NCBI GenBank assembly: GCA_040399745.1
Contig: JBBARP010000001.1
Span: 266,617 to 330,616, forward strand
Source of the DNA: Bdellovibrionia bacterium
Lineage (GTDB): Bacteria > Bdellovibrionota > UBA1018
DNA length: 64,000 nucleotides
Direction: 5' to 3'
Shown here piece after piece: positions 9,602-19,047 of the stretch. The position numbers and the translations under genes were made by a program. How positions within the stretch are numbered: position 1 is the first letter of the stretch; the number at the start of each line of letters is the position of its first letter. Under the pieces are notes generated by a model. It was not told where the DNA came from. It ran no database searches and saw only the letters and a list, made by a program, of their open reading frames with translations.

Positions 9602-10972
9602 ATGATGATGCTCTGCGTCGCTCTTCTTTTGAGTTCTGCCTGTTCTCGTCCCGATTGGAATTCTGAGCTTCCGGATGCGACCACTTTGGGAAATCCGCAG
9701 GGGTACCGAATCGCTCGAAGCATTCTTCATCTGCACTCTCCTTACTCGCATGATGCGTGCGACAAGAAGGGCTGGGTGGACGGACAGATCGATCAGGACT
9801 GTCTCTCCGATCTTCGGCGAGCCCTGTGTTTGAACCGAATCGATGCTGCGTTCTTGAGTGATCACCCGGAACACATGGCAGAGAGTTCATTTCAGGATCT
9901 TCTTTTGAATCGGGACGGAGATTCCTGGGAGCTGCGTTCTGGAATTCCGCGCTCGAACCGAGTTGCGGGTTGCTCGAATGGACATCAGCCGCTGGTGTCG
10001 GCGGGCTTCGAAGGGCGAGTGATGGCTTTGGGCATGGACAATCATGCATTGGGCTCGGTGGCTGATCGAGAGGCTCTTTACGGAAGTGAGGACTCGGCCT
10101 CGAATGACCGCGTCCGCTCAGAGACCGGCGCCTTGGTCATGATTCCTCACACCGAGAGTCGATCGGCTGCTTTGCTTCAGGCGCTCCGGCCGGACGGAAT
10201 TGAGATTTACAACTTTCACGCAAATCTGGATCCGAAGATTCGAAAGGCCAGTCTCGGCTTTCCTCAGTTTGATTCGGTCCTCGATATTTTGCCTTATTGG
10301 GTCGATCCCTATGGGGATGAAGAGCCTGATTTGGCCTTCTTGTCGTTCTTTCAAATCAGTCCTATTTACGCAGAGAAGTGGGACGGGATGATTCAGGCGG
10401 GTTTGAAACCGACTGGCTTTGCTGGAAACGATTCCCATCAAAACACTTTGCCGTATCGAGCCTCCGACGGTGAGCGCCTGGATTCTCATCGGCGGTTGCT
10501 TCGCTGGTTCACGAACCATTTGATGGTGACGGACCTACGGCTGGATTCACTTCGCGACGCCCTTCTTCAGGGACGGGCGTGGATGGTGGCGGAAGGTCTA
10601 GGCACGCCGGTGGGAGTGAATTTCCGTGCGGAGAGCTCTGGAACTGAATTTCCCGTCGGTTCGACTCTGACGTTCGTTCCGGGCGCGACCCGAATTTTGT
10701 CGGCCTTACCCACTTTGCATCCTAGTTCTCCCCAGAAGGGATCTTCGCCCATCCTCACGCAGCGCCTTTACTGGACCTCGAGCAGTGCATCCTCGCAATT
10801 GGTGGCCACTGCCGTTGATCAGGATCTGGAGTTTTACCCAACCGAGCGGGGGGCCTATCGGTTGGAAATCTCGACGGTGCCTCGCCACTTGAAACCGTGG
10901 GTTCGAACCGACCGGGACCGCTTGAAGCAGGAATATCCCTGGATCGTGACCAATCCGGTGTATTTGGAGTGA
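9602..10972 (+). CDS. PHP-fold (CehA/McbA-like) metallohydrolase lipoprotein
   Basis: Lipobox LLLSSAC; metal motifs LHLHSPYSHD, LSDH, IPH, GIEIYN, GNDSH; ORF could extend to 9518. Confidence 0.7.
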   Translation: MMMLCVALLLSSACSRPDWNSELPDATTLGNPQGYRIARSILHLHSPYSHDACDKKGWVDGQIDQDCLSDLRRALCLNRIDAAFLSDHPEHMAESSFQDLLLNRDGDSWELRSGIPRSNRVAGCSNGHQPLVSAGFEGRVMALGMDNHALGSVADREALYGSEDSASNDRVRSETGALVMIPHTESRSAALLQALRPDGIEIYNFHANLDPKIRKASLGFPQFDSVLDILPYWVDPYGDEEPDLAFLSFFQISPIYAEKWDGMIQAGLKPTGFAGNDSHQNTLPYRASDGERLDSHRRLLRWFTNHLMVTDLRLDSLRDALLQGRAWMVAEGLGTPVGVNFRAESSGTEFPVGSTLTFVPGATRILSALPTLHPSSPQKGSSPILTQRLYWTSSSASSQLVATAVDQDLEFYPTERGAYRLEISTVPRHLKPWVRTDRDRLKQEYPWIVTNPVYLE

Positions 10973-10982
10973 TCGGAGACCC

Positions 10983-12107
10983 ATGGCGACCCACTTGAAC
11001 CTCGGACTGCGCCGTTTAGATCGCTACGTTTTGGGCGAAGTGCTTCGCCCCTGGCTTGGGCTTTGTCTTTTCTTCTACTTCACGCTGCTTTTGTTTCAGG
11101 CGCTTCGTCTTTCTGACTTCCTGATCGTCCATCACGCACCGCCGTTAGTGGTGCTTCAGATTGTCGGGCTGATGCTGATTTCGTTTACTCCGGTGGTCGT
11201 GCCGCTCGCTTTTTTTGGCGCCGTGATGATGGGGTTTGGTCGCCTCTCTTCCGAGAGCGAACTCGTTGCGATGAAGGCCTCGGGCATCAGCATGAAGCGG
11301 ATGGCCCGGCCCGTGGCTTGGGCTGCTGTTCCGATCACTCTCTTTGCTGTGGTGATGTCATTGAAGGTGGTGCCTTGGAGTGACCTGAATATGACCCGCA
11401 AGCTTTTCATGGCGGGCAACATCCAAGCGGTTCACGCGATTCAGCCACGCACCTTCAACGCCGAATTTTTCGGACTCATGATTTACGCCGACGACGTGGA
11501 CCTGGAGTCGGGAGTTCTTCGAAACGTGTTCATTCACGACGAGCGGGATCAGAAGAATCCGATGGTCGTGGTGGCGCCTCTCGGGCTGCTCTCAGAAAGT
11601 CGTGCCAAAGATGGGCTTTCTCGGAAGACGCTCCTCGAGCTGAAAAACGGCAGCATGCACCGTCAACAGCGGGGCAATGAGCCGTTTGACCAGATGTCTT
11701 TTGAGACCTACCGCTTGTTTCTGCAGAGTGAAGCAGGGCGCAGCCCCGAACCCAACAATACGCGGATCCTTCAGGTGGAGCAGCTCTGGCAGAGAATTCA
11801 ACGGGCGCCACCGGGTGATCGTTGGGGACGAGAAGCTTCGGTCGAACTCTGCAAGCGGCTGGCTCTGGCCACGACTCCGCTGATCTTCGTTTTCTTGGGT
11901 GCGGGGCTGGGTTGTGTCCGAGGCCGCACGGTTGCAAGCCGTTCCACGCTGCTGACTTTCCTGGTCGCGGTGCTTTACTGGCAAGCTTTGGTGCTGTCGG
12001 TGGCTTGGGCGAATTCAGTCAGCTTGCCCCCTCCGCTCATCTTGATGCTGCCGAACCTCGGCTTGGCTGGGCTCGCGATCTGGAGCTTCCGGAGGGCTTC
12101 GTGGTGA
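10983..12107 (+). CDS. LptF/LptG family LPS export permease
   Basis: LDRYVLGEV, FGRLSSESELVAMKASGIS, 3+3 TM helices around a periplasmic beta domain. Confidence 0.9.
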   Translation: MATHLNLGLRRLDRYVLGEVLRPWLGLCLFFYFTLLLFQALRLSDFLIVHHAPPLVVLQIVGLMLISFTPVVVPLAFFGAVMMGFGRLSSESELVAMKASGISMKRMARPVAWAAVPITLFAVVMSLKVVPWSDLNMTRKLFMAGNIQAVHAIQPRTFNAEFFGLMIYADDVDLESGVLRNVFIHDERDQKNPMVVVAPLGLLSESRAKDGLSRKTLLELKNGSMHRQQRGNEPFDQMSFETYRLFLQSEAGRSPEPNNTRILQVEQLWQRIQRAPPGDRWGREASVELCKRLALATTPLIFVFLGAGLGCVRGRTVASRSTLLTFLVAVLYWQALVLSVAWANSVSLPPPLILMLPNLGLAGLAIWSFRRASW

Positions 12108-12703
12108 GCAGACTCTGCGGAGCCTGGCTTCTGGCTCTTCTGGTTTGTGCTTCTGCTCAAGCGGACGACGTATCCAGTATTGCCGAAACTTCGCCCGCAG
12201 AGTCCTCTTCATCGGTTCACTTGGAGCCGCTCTTGGCCGTAGGCCTTCCTCAACCGTTGTCGGTGGGGCTTCGCTTTCGAAGGTCGCCTGAATGGGACTG
12301 GGAAACTGAAGGGGGTATTTTTTCGACGGATCTTTCGGATCGAACCCTCGCCGTATCCCACGTGCGCGTGGGCGGACGTTGGCACCCTTGGGCTTCGGGG
12401 CTCACGCTGGGCGCGCGTTTGGGCTATCAAAGCTACGAGATCTCGGGCGTGCTCCCCATCACTGAAACACAGGGCAGTATCCGCCTGACCAGTTGGTATG
12501 TGGCACCGACTCTCGGGTTCGAGTGGCGGTTAGGAAAGTCGCTGACCTTGGGGACGGACCTGGGGTGGCAGGTCTCGATCCATTCGGTCGGTTCCCTTTA
12601 TGACGACGGAGTGCGGAACACGCGCGATAGCCTGAGACGGATCGCAGGGCTTTCTATTCCTTCAATCAGTGTGCTTCGCTTGGGTTGGATCATCGATCTT
12701 TGA
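12104..12703 (+). CDS. Hypothetical small outer-membrane beta-barrel protein
   Basis: GTG start overlapping upstream TGA; signal peptide ending AQA; amphipathic beta strands (RVGGRWHPW, PTLGFEWRLG, LGTDLGWQV). Confidence 0.6.
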   Translation: MSRLCGAWLLALLVCASAQADDVSSIAETSPAESSSSVHLEPLLAVGLPQPLSVGLRFRRSPEWDWETEGGIFSTDLSDRTLAVSHVRVGGRWHPWASGLTLGARLGYQSYEISGVLPITETQGSIRLTSWYVAPTLGFEWRLGKSLTLGTDLGWQVSIHSVGSLYDDGVRNTRDSLRRIAGLSIPSISVLRLGWIIDL

Positions 12704-12724
12704 GACGCAGACGGCCTGGAGCCC

Positions 12725-13684
12725 TCAGCGCACTTCGCTCATGAGCGAGAGAAACTCAAACATCAGCGCTGCACCGAGGAGTGCCGTCAGATCGGACTGA
12801 TCGTAGGGCGGCGAAATTTCCACCACGTCCGCGCCCACGATGTGCAAGCCCTTCAAGCGGCGAACAAAGCCCAGAGCTTCACGAGACGTCATTCCACCGA
12901 CGACCGGAGTTCCGGTGCCTGGAGCAAACGCGGGATCGATGCCGTCCACGTCAAACGTGATGAAGCAGGGCTTTCCTTTTCCGGTAGCGTGAATCGCGGC
13001 AAAAAACGCGTCGGCTTGCTTGGAGTCTTGAAGCTGATCGATGTCGAGGACGCGAATTCCGTGAGCGGCTGCGAAGTCATCCGGAGCTGCTGAAGTGAGT
13101 GGGCCGCGAATTCCGATTTGGAAAAGGGAATCCTTCGCGATCAGTCCTTCTTCAAGTGCGCGCCGAAAGATGGTGCCGTGATGGTACTTCTCGCCCCAAG
13201 CTTGATCGCCCGTGTCGGTGTGCGCATCGAAATGAATCACGGTGAGTGCGCCGTACTTTTTGTGAGCAGCGCGTAGCTCGGCTAAGACCACCGAGTGATC
13301 TCCACCGATGCAAACGGTGCGAGCGCCTTCATTCTGAAGTTCGGTGACGCGTGCTTCGATGGCCTGAAATGTCTTCTGAATCTGAATGGGATTCACTGCC
13401 ACGTCGCCGGCATCCACGACATTCAGCTTCTCGAACACCGATGAGCCGGTGTGAGGGTTATAATTTCGGTTCAAAACAGAAGCGTCGCGAACCGCTCTGG
13501 GAGCGAATCTCGCCCCGGGACGAAAGCTCGTTCCGCCGTCATAGGGGATGCCCAAAATGGCGACATCCACGTTCTTTCCTTTGATATCAGGCAGATAGGG
13601 GAGTCGATTGAAGGTCGCCAGGCCTCCGAAGCGGGGGTTTTCAAGAGGGTTCAAGGGACGGGTCCACTTAGGGGTGTCGTTCAT
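12725..13684 (-). CDS. speB: Agmatinase (ureohydrolase family)
   Basis: GIPYDGGTSFRPGARFAP, GGDHS, HFDAHTD, FDVDGIDPAFAPGTGTP; start trimmed to ATG 13684. Confidence 0.95.
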   Translation of the reverse strand: MNDTPKWTRPLNPLENPRFGGLATFNRLPYLPDIKGKNVDVAILGIPYDGGTSFRPGARFAPRAVRDASVLNRNYNPHTGSSVFEKLNVVDAGDVAVNPIQIQKTFQAIEARVTELQNEGARTVCIGGDHSVVLAELRAAHKKYGALTVIHFDAHTDTGDQAWGEKYHHGTIFRRALEEGLIAKDSLFQIGIRGPLTSAAPDDFAAAHGIRVLDIDQLQDSKQADAFFAAIHATGKGKPCFITFDVDGIDPAFAPGTGTPVVGGMTSREALGFVRRLKGLHIVGADVVEISPPYDQSDLTALLGAALMFEFLSLMSEVR

Positions 13685-13750
13685 GTGGTTAAAATCATAG
13701 GGTAAAAACAGTTTGACTTCAATGAGGTGCTCCTGTAATCCCGAGCGCCT
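13685..13750. promoter_or_regulatory. Divergent speB/rplM promoter region
   Basis: Minus: TTGAAG-N17-TATGAT-N9-ATG(speB). Plus: TTGACT (13713-13718) with TGTAAT/TAATCC near 13734-13741 before rplM. Confidence 0.55.
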
Positions 13751-14254
13751 ATGTTGCAGCAAAAGTCTTACCAAGCGAAGCAAGTTGGCCCTCATTACTT
13801 CGAGCCGAAAGGTCCGAACGCCCCCAAGTGGTACGTGGTGGATGCGAAAGACCAAGTGGTGGGTCGCATTGCTTCGATGATCGCGAAGGTGGTGATCGGC
13901 AAACACAAGCCGACCTACACCCGTCACGCCGATGCCGGCGATTTCGTGGTCGTCCTGAATGCCGATAAAGTAGTTTTCACCCGCACCAAGTGGGAAAAGA
14001 AACTCTACTACCGTCACACCGATTACGTGGGCGGCCTCAAGATCACGACCGCGAAAGAAATGCGCGATCGGAACCCCGAGGAAATCATCCGTTTGGCCGT
14101 CTGGGGCATGACGAACAAGTCGAACCTGGCCCGTCACCAGATGAAGAAATTGAAAATCTACACCACCGGCGAGCATCCGCACGTCGCTCAGAACCCCCAG
14201 CAGCTTCCGAAAGCCGCGACCTATCGGTCGGTGCTCGAGAAGAAAAGCAGCTGA
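13751..14254 (+). CDS. rplM: 50S ribosomal protein L13
   Basis: KWYVVDAKDQVVGRIAS, GKHKPTYT, GDFVVVLNA, HPHVAQNP. Confidence 0.98.
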   Translation: MLQQKSYQAKQVGPHYFEPKGPNAPKWYVVDAKDQVVGRIASMIAKVVIGKHKPTYTRHADAGDFVVVLNADKVVFTRTKWEKKLYYRHTDYVGGLKITTAKEMRDRNPEEIIRLAVWGMTNKSNLARHQMKKLKIYTTGEHPHVAQNPQQLPKAATYRSVLEKKSS

Positions 14255-14283
14255 TTCGGCATTAGATCAGGAGAAATCAGTTC

Positions 14284-14682
14284 ATGGAAAAGCAGCAACA
14301 CAGGGTCGGTAAGCGTAAGAACGCCGTGGCCCGCGTTTACATCCGCCAACGTGCCACCGATGAAGGCAATATCCGCGTCAACGATCGTTCGTTCGAGGAT
14401 TACTTTCCTCGTCCGACGTCCCGCATGCTCATCATGCAACCCCTCGAGCTCACCTCGACCGTGGGTCGCTTTGACATCGTGATCAACGTCCGCGGCGGCG
14501 GCCTCTCCGGCCAAGCCGGTGCAGTTCGTCACGGCATTTCGCGCGCTTTGCTTCAAGTCGATCCGGCTTTCCGCCCGATCCTGAAAGCAGCCGGGTTCCT
14601 GACCCGCGACGCCCGCGAAGTCGAGCGTAAGAAATACGGCCTGGCCGGCGCACGCCGCCGCTACCAATACTCGAAGCGTTAA
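14284..14682 (+). CDS. rpsI: 30S ribosomal protein S9
   Basis: [30 protein letters not shown]-terminal QYSKR. Confidence 0.99.
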   Translation: MEKQQHRVGKRKNAVARVYIRQRATDEGNIRVNDRSFEDYFPRPTSRMLIMQPLELTSTVGRFDIVINVRGGGLSGQAGAVRHGISRALLQVDPAFRPILKAAGFLTRDAREVERKKYGLAGARRRYQYSKR

Positions 14683-14715
14683 TCGCCTCGAGGCTGGGAA
14701 AGCCAAAATCAAGAA

Positions 14716-14749
14716 GGGCTGGATCCGCTGGATCCGGCCCTTTTTTTTT
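14716..14749 (+). terminator. Rho-independent terminator of rplM-rpsI
   Basis: GGGCTGGATCC-gct-GGATCCGGCCC stem-loop followed by T9. Confidence 0.9.
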
Positions 14750-14787
14750 CGCCTTTTTGGGGTGGAACTCCCGTGGGGCGCGGACCT

Positions 14788-15411
14788 CTACGCCGCTTTG
14801 GGGGCGAGGGTGAGGGCGACCGGGCTCCAAGGGTGAAGCTCAAGCGCAAGTAACAAGCATTCCACCGTGCGGGCGTACTCGTGGGCAGCTTGAATGCGGG
14901 AGGAGCGCACCAAGTCGGGAAGGGGGGGGCTTCCTTGGGCGCGAAGTTCGGTCAGATGGCGCTGGGCTCGCTGGAAATAAGGCTCGAGATCCGGGGTCAG
15001 CCTTTCGGCCAGACAGTGCAAGTGCTGAAGCGTGTCGTCCAGGGCTTCGGCCAGGTCGGTCGCGGCTTGCCCGCCTTCCAGGCTGGGCAGGGTTTCGTTG
15101 CGCGGGATCCAGTAATGAAGCCGCGCTTCGTGGCAGAGTGCGCGGCCCAGGTGTTTGCATGCACGCGCTAAACGCTCGGAGTAGAGCAATTTTCCCGAGC
15201 ACCAGGCGTCAAAGGCCTGTCGATAAAGCGCCCTGACTTCGCCTGGGTCCACCTCGGGAATCGGCCCGCGGTCCCAAACGTGCGTCACTTCGCATTCGAC
15301 CGTCTGATGGAAGGCCTTCCTGAGCTCGTTTTCCGCGTTTTCTGGACCGTGGCTGAACATCTTGAAAGGGCTTGAAGCAAAAAAAAGGCCGTCGCCTGAA
15401 TCTGATTCCAT
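14788..15411 (-). CDS. Hypothetical alpha-helical protein
   Basis: Only ORF filling the gap between the rpsI terminator and QEGLA gene; start may be the downstream Met (MFSHGPEN). Confidence 0.6.
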   Translation of the reverse strand: MESDSGDGLFFASSPFKMFSHGPENAENELRKAFHQTVECEVTHVWDRGPIPEVDPGEVRALYRQAFDAWCSGKLLYSERLARACKHLGRALCHEARLHYWIPRNETLPSLEGGQAATDLAEALDDTLQHLHCLAERLTPDLEPYFQRAQRHLTELRAQGSPPLPDLVRSSRIQAAHEYARTVECLLLALELHPWSPVALTLAPKAA

Positions 15412-15442
15412 GCGACACTGAATTCAAAGGGCCGAGCCAAGG

Positions 15443-16735
15443 ATGGTGTGGAGCACCCAGAAGGAGAAGATCAAGAAACTCTCCGAGCGCATCGTCGATG
15501 CGCAAAGGCCGATCCGTATCCTGGATGCGATCAAGTGGGACGCTTCGATCGAAGAAGAGCTGAGAAAGAGCAAGTTCAAGGAACTGCCGAAAGTCGACGC
15601 GGCTTACTACCAGTCCATTCCCTTGGGTTTTGATCCCGTTGCCAAGCTCGATGAGCTGAAAGCTCTCGGTCAGGACATTAAAACCGTGCTCGGGGCCGAT
15701 GACGAGCTCGGGCAGCTGATGGTGCGGATCACCGAGCAGTACCAAGACGTGGTCCACCTGCTTCTGGCGCGCGGAACTCCGAAGTTTCACGAGTTCTCTC
15801 GAAAGCTCTACGGCTCTCCGAAGGACTTCTTCTTCGGCGATAAAAATACCATTTCGGCTTTGGGGCAGCTCCTTTACGGAACGCTGACTCGGATCGAGGA
15901 TTCCGCCCTAGGGCAGCCACTTCCCGAGAATATCCCGGCCGAGCAGGTGGTGAAGACTCTGAATAAGCGGTTTCACGCTTACTTTCAGGACGACCAGGTT
16001 AAGGCCAAGCTATCGGACGGGATCGTAGCGGACGCGTCAGCGGGCAGTGACGTCGTCAAAATCAAAGAAGGCTCGCTGTTCTCCGAGCGCGATATCGATA
16101 TTCTGGAAGTCCATGAGGGCTGGGTGCACGTCGGGACGACTCAGAATGGCCTGAATCAGTCGGTCGCTAAGTGGCTTTCCAAGGGGCCGCCTCGGTGCGC
16201 GGCAACCCAAGAAGGTCTGGCCGTCATCATGGAGATCTTCACTTTCCGCACTTATCCGCGGCGGGCGAGGCACATCAATGACCGCATTCTAGGCATCGAT
16301 AAGGCCGAAGACGGCGCCAATTTCTTGGAACTCATCGAATTCTATCGAACCGAAGGGTATTCCGAGGACGACTGCATCGCGAACGCCAAGCGCGTGTTTC
16401 GCGGCGGGGTGGTGTCGGGCGGAGCTCCCTTTACCAAGGACATTGCCTACTGCCGGGGCTTTATCGAGAACTACAATTTCATGCGGGCTGCGATTCGAGC
16501 CGGTAAGCCGCAGCTCGTTCCGTTCTTGTTTGCGGGCAAACTGCATGTGGACGACGTTCCGCTTCTTTACCGAAAGCACTTGGAAGGGATCGTCGATGCA
16601 CCTAAGTACCTTCCGCCTCAGTTTGCGGACATGAATGGCATTGCCGTCTGGATGAGCTTTTCAAGTTTCCTGAATCTGGTGGATTTGAAGAGCATCCAGG
16701 AGCACTATGATAAATTATTCAGGTCGCATCTCTAG
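15443..16735 (+). CDS. QEGLA-motif / DUF1704 (MATCAP-like) metallo-carboxypeptidase
   Basis: HEGWVH (HExxxH), TQEGLA, RVFRGG, FTKDIAYCRG. Confidence 0.9.
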   Translation: MVWSTQKEKIKKLSERIVDAQRPIRILDAIKWDASIEEELRKSKFKELPKVDAAYYQSIPLGFDPVAKLDELKALGQDIKTVLGADDELGQLMVRITEQYQDVVHLLLARGTPKFHEFSRKLYGSPKDFFFGDKNTISALGQLLYGTLTRIEDSALGQPLPENIPAEQVVKTLNKRFHAYFQDDQVKAKLSDGIVADASAGSDVVKIKEGSLFSERDIDILEVHEGWVHVGTTQNGLNQSVAKWLSKGPPRCAATQEGLAVIMEIFTFRTYPRRARHINDRILGIDKAEDGANFLELIEFYRTEGYSEDDCIANAKRVFRGGVVSGGAPFTKDIAYCRGFIENYNFMRAAIRAGKPQLVPFLFAGKLHVDDVPLLYRKHLEGIVDAPKYLPPQFADMNGIAVWMSFSSFLNLVDLKSIQEHYDKLFRSHL

Positions 16736-16772
16736 CATCGGCGTTTTTGCGCTCTCAGGGAGGATGGGGGAA

Positions 16773-17612
16773 ATGAAAAAATTCGCGTCTCAGCAAATGG
16801 GTTGGGTGGCAATGGCTGCTCTGGTGGTCTCGGGAATTTCTTCGCAGGCAGGGGCCGCGACCGGGGAAGTCGCTACGGTGGACGGCGTTTCCATCTCGGG
16901 CCAAGAAATTTTCGATGCGGTGAAGTTGGGCAGCGAAACCCAAAAACGCACTTTCCTGAAAGACGCCATCGCCAAGCGCCGCGTTCTGGATTCGATCATC
17001 GATGAGCGCCTCCTGGCATCGCGCGCTGAAAAAGACAAAGTGGATCAAGATCCTGAGTTCCAAGCGGCTTTGGCGCGCATTAAGCGCCAGCTCATGATGG
17101 AGCGCCTGGTTGCTAAACAATTGGCAAACAAGTCCACGGCTGCCGCTGCCAAGAAATTCTACGAGCAGAACAAGGCTCTGTTCTCGATGGACCGGATCGC
17201 GGTTCAGCACATCCTGGTGGACGACTATAAGCGTGCCGTTGCGCTGAAGGCCGAAGCAGAGAAGGCGGGCGCGGATTTCCAAGCCCTGGCCGAAAAGAAC
17301 TCGAAAGACCCATCGGCCAAGAATAATCGCGGTGATGTGGGTGTGATTGGTCGCGATGCTCCGTTTGCTGACAGCTTCAAGTCAGTGGCTTTCCGCACTC
17401 CGGTCGGCAAAGTGTCTGATCCGGTCAAGACCGACTACGGTTGGCACTTGATCAAGGTGACTCAGCTCGAGAAGGGCCGCACCCAGACTTTCGAGGAAGT
17501 CGAAGCGCAAGTGGTGACCCGCCTTCGTCAACAGCTTCTGGGTGAGTACCTCTTGAAGCTGCGCGAGCAAGCCAAGATCCAGATCAACGATCAAGCCATC
17601 GAAAAGCTCTGA
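16773..17612 (+). CDS. Periplasmic parvulin-type peptidyl-prolyl isomerase (PpiC/PrsA-like)
   Basis: Signal peptide; VQHILV, FQALAEKNSKDPSAKNNRGDVG, VSDPVKTDYGWHLIK. Confidence 0.92.
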   Translation: MKKFASQQMGWVAMAALVVSGISSQAGAATGEVATVDGVSISGQEIFDAVKLGSETQKRTFLKDAIAKRRVLDSIIDERLLASRAEKDKVDQDPEFQAALARIKRQLMMERLVAKQLANKSTAAAAKKFYEQNKALFSMDRIAVQHILVDDYKRAVALKAEAEKAGADFQALAEKNSKDPSAKNNRGDVGVIGRDAPFADSFKSVAFRTPVGKVSDPVKTDYGWHLIKVTQLEKGRTQTFEEVEAQVVTRLRQQLLGEYLLKLREQAKIQINDQAIEKL

Positions 17613-17625
17613 AGTTTCGATCGTC

Positions 17626-19047
17626 TCACCCGCCGTTGTAATCGCGGGCGTTGATTCCGTACTTTTCCAGCTTTCGAAGCAGTGTCTTCTTCGGGATGTT
17701 TGCCTGAAGAGCCGTTTGATTGATTCTGCCTTTGAACTTTTTCAAAGCCTGAATCAAGAACTCGCGCTCGAAGGCTTCCTTGCTGCTTTGGAAATCCAGC
17801 GGCACTGAAACGGACACTCGGGTGTCGTCCGTCGGTGTTGTCGCCTGGCTCGGCCCAGTGGGAGTCGAGGCTGGCGCAGAACCCAGGCGTACCGAAGTCG
17901 GTAAGCTATCCCAGGCAATGAGATCGCTCACTTCGATGACGAAGGCATGTTCCACGACGTTCTCGAGTTCGCGGATGTTCCCTGGCCAGGAGTGGTTGCG
18001 AAGGGCTTCCAAGGCTTCTGGCGTGAAGCCTTGAACCGAGCGGCTGTGGCGCGAATTGAATTTCGCGACAAAGTGATCGGTCAGAGGCTCAAGGTCATTC
18101 TTTCTTTCCCGAAGCGGCGGAAGAACGATCGGTAGGACATTCAGGCGATAAAATAGGTCCTCACGGAATTGACCGTCCCGAATCATCTGTTCCAGATTTC
18201 GATTGGTCGCAGCCACGATCCGGACATTCACTTCAATCTCGCGATTCGAGCCGACCGGAGTGAATCGCTTTTCCTGCAGGGCTCGCAGCAGCTTCACCTG
18301 CATGGCAGGCGAAATATCGCCGATTTCGTCCAGGAAAAGGGTTCCGCCGTCAGCGTACTGGAACATGCCGATTTTTCGGCTGTCGGCGCCCGTGAATGCG
18401 CCTTTCTCATGACCGAAGAACTCGCTCTCGATCAGGTTCTCAGGAACAGCCGAGCAGTTCACCGTGACAAACCGTTGATCTTTCCTGGTGGAGTTGTGAT
18501 GCAGGGCTTGGGCGACCAGTTCCTTTCCCGTACCACTTTCCCCGCGAATCAAGACGGCAGTGTCCACGCGGCAAAGCTTCGTGATGATCGAGAAAATTCG
18601 CTGCATCCCGGTGCTTTGGCCGACGAACTCGGAGCCCCCTGGGAGTCGTACCTGGGGCGCAGAAAGAGCAACGTTCCTCACTAAGTTCCGGGCTCGTAAG
18701 GCGCGGTCCACCAGGGCCACGAGGTTTTCCGATCGAATCGGCTTCTCTAGGTAGTTCCAAGCGCCTTCGCGAGTGGTCTCGACGGCGTCGCGCACGTTTG
18801 CAAAAGCAGTGAGTAAAATCACGATGATCGATGGGTCGTGGGCTTTGATTTCTTTCAAAGCTTCGCTGCCATTCATGCGCGGCATATTCATGTCGAGCAG
18901 GACCAGATCGTATTTCCCAGCTCGCACGCGGTTCACGGCTTCTTCGCCGTCCGAAGCGTAATCCACTTCGTGGCTGCTTTCGGACAGAGCAGAACCGACG
19001 GTGCTTCGAAGATCGCGATCATCATCGACGACGAGGACTTTAAACAT
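17626..19047 (-). CDS. Sigma54-dependent response regulator (NtrC/ZraR family; REC-AAA+-Fis HTH)
   Basis: VLVVDDD, LLDMNMP, GESGTGKE, GAFTGA, LFLDEIG, WPGNIRELEN, C-terminal HTH. Confidence 0.97.
   Translation of the reverse strand: MFKVLVVDDDRDLRSTVGSALSESSHEVDYASDGEEAVNRVRAGKYDLVLLDMNMPRMNGSEALKEIKAHDPSIIVILLTAFANVRDAVETTREGAWNYLEKPIRSENLVALVDRALRARNLVRNVALSAPQVRLPGGSEFVGQSTGMQRIFSIITKLCRVDTAVLIRGESGTGKELVAQALHHNSTRKDQRFVTVNCSAVPENLIESEFFGHEKGAFTGADSRKIGMFQYADGGTLFLDEIGDISPAMQVKLLRALQEKRFTPVGSNREIEVNVRIVAATNRNLEQMIRDGQFREDLFYRLNVLPIVLPPLRERKNDLEPLTDHFVAKFNSRHSRSVQGFTPEALEALRNHSWPGNIRELENVVEHAFVIEVSDLIAWDSLPTSVRLGSAPASTPTGPSQATTPTDDTRVSVSVPLDFQSSKEAFEREFLIQALKKFKGRINQTALQANIPKKTLLRKLEKYGINARDYNGG

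Noticed and set aside
11822..12103. N-terminal extension of the beta-barrel ORF
   Set aside because: Overlaps the lptF/G-like gene; signal peptide begins at GTG 12104
13685..14182. Apparent N-terminal extension of agmatinase in the ORF track
   Set aside because: Antisense to rplM; ureohydrolase similarity and a promoter point to ATG 13684
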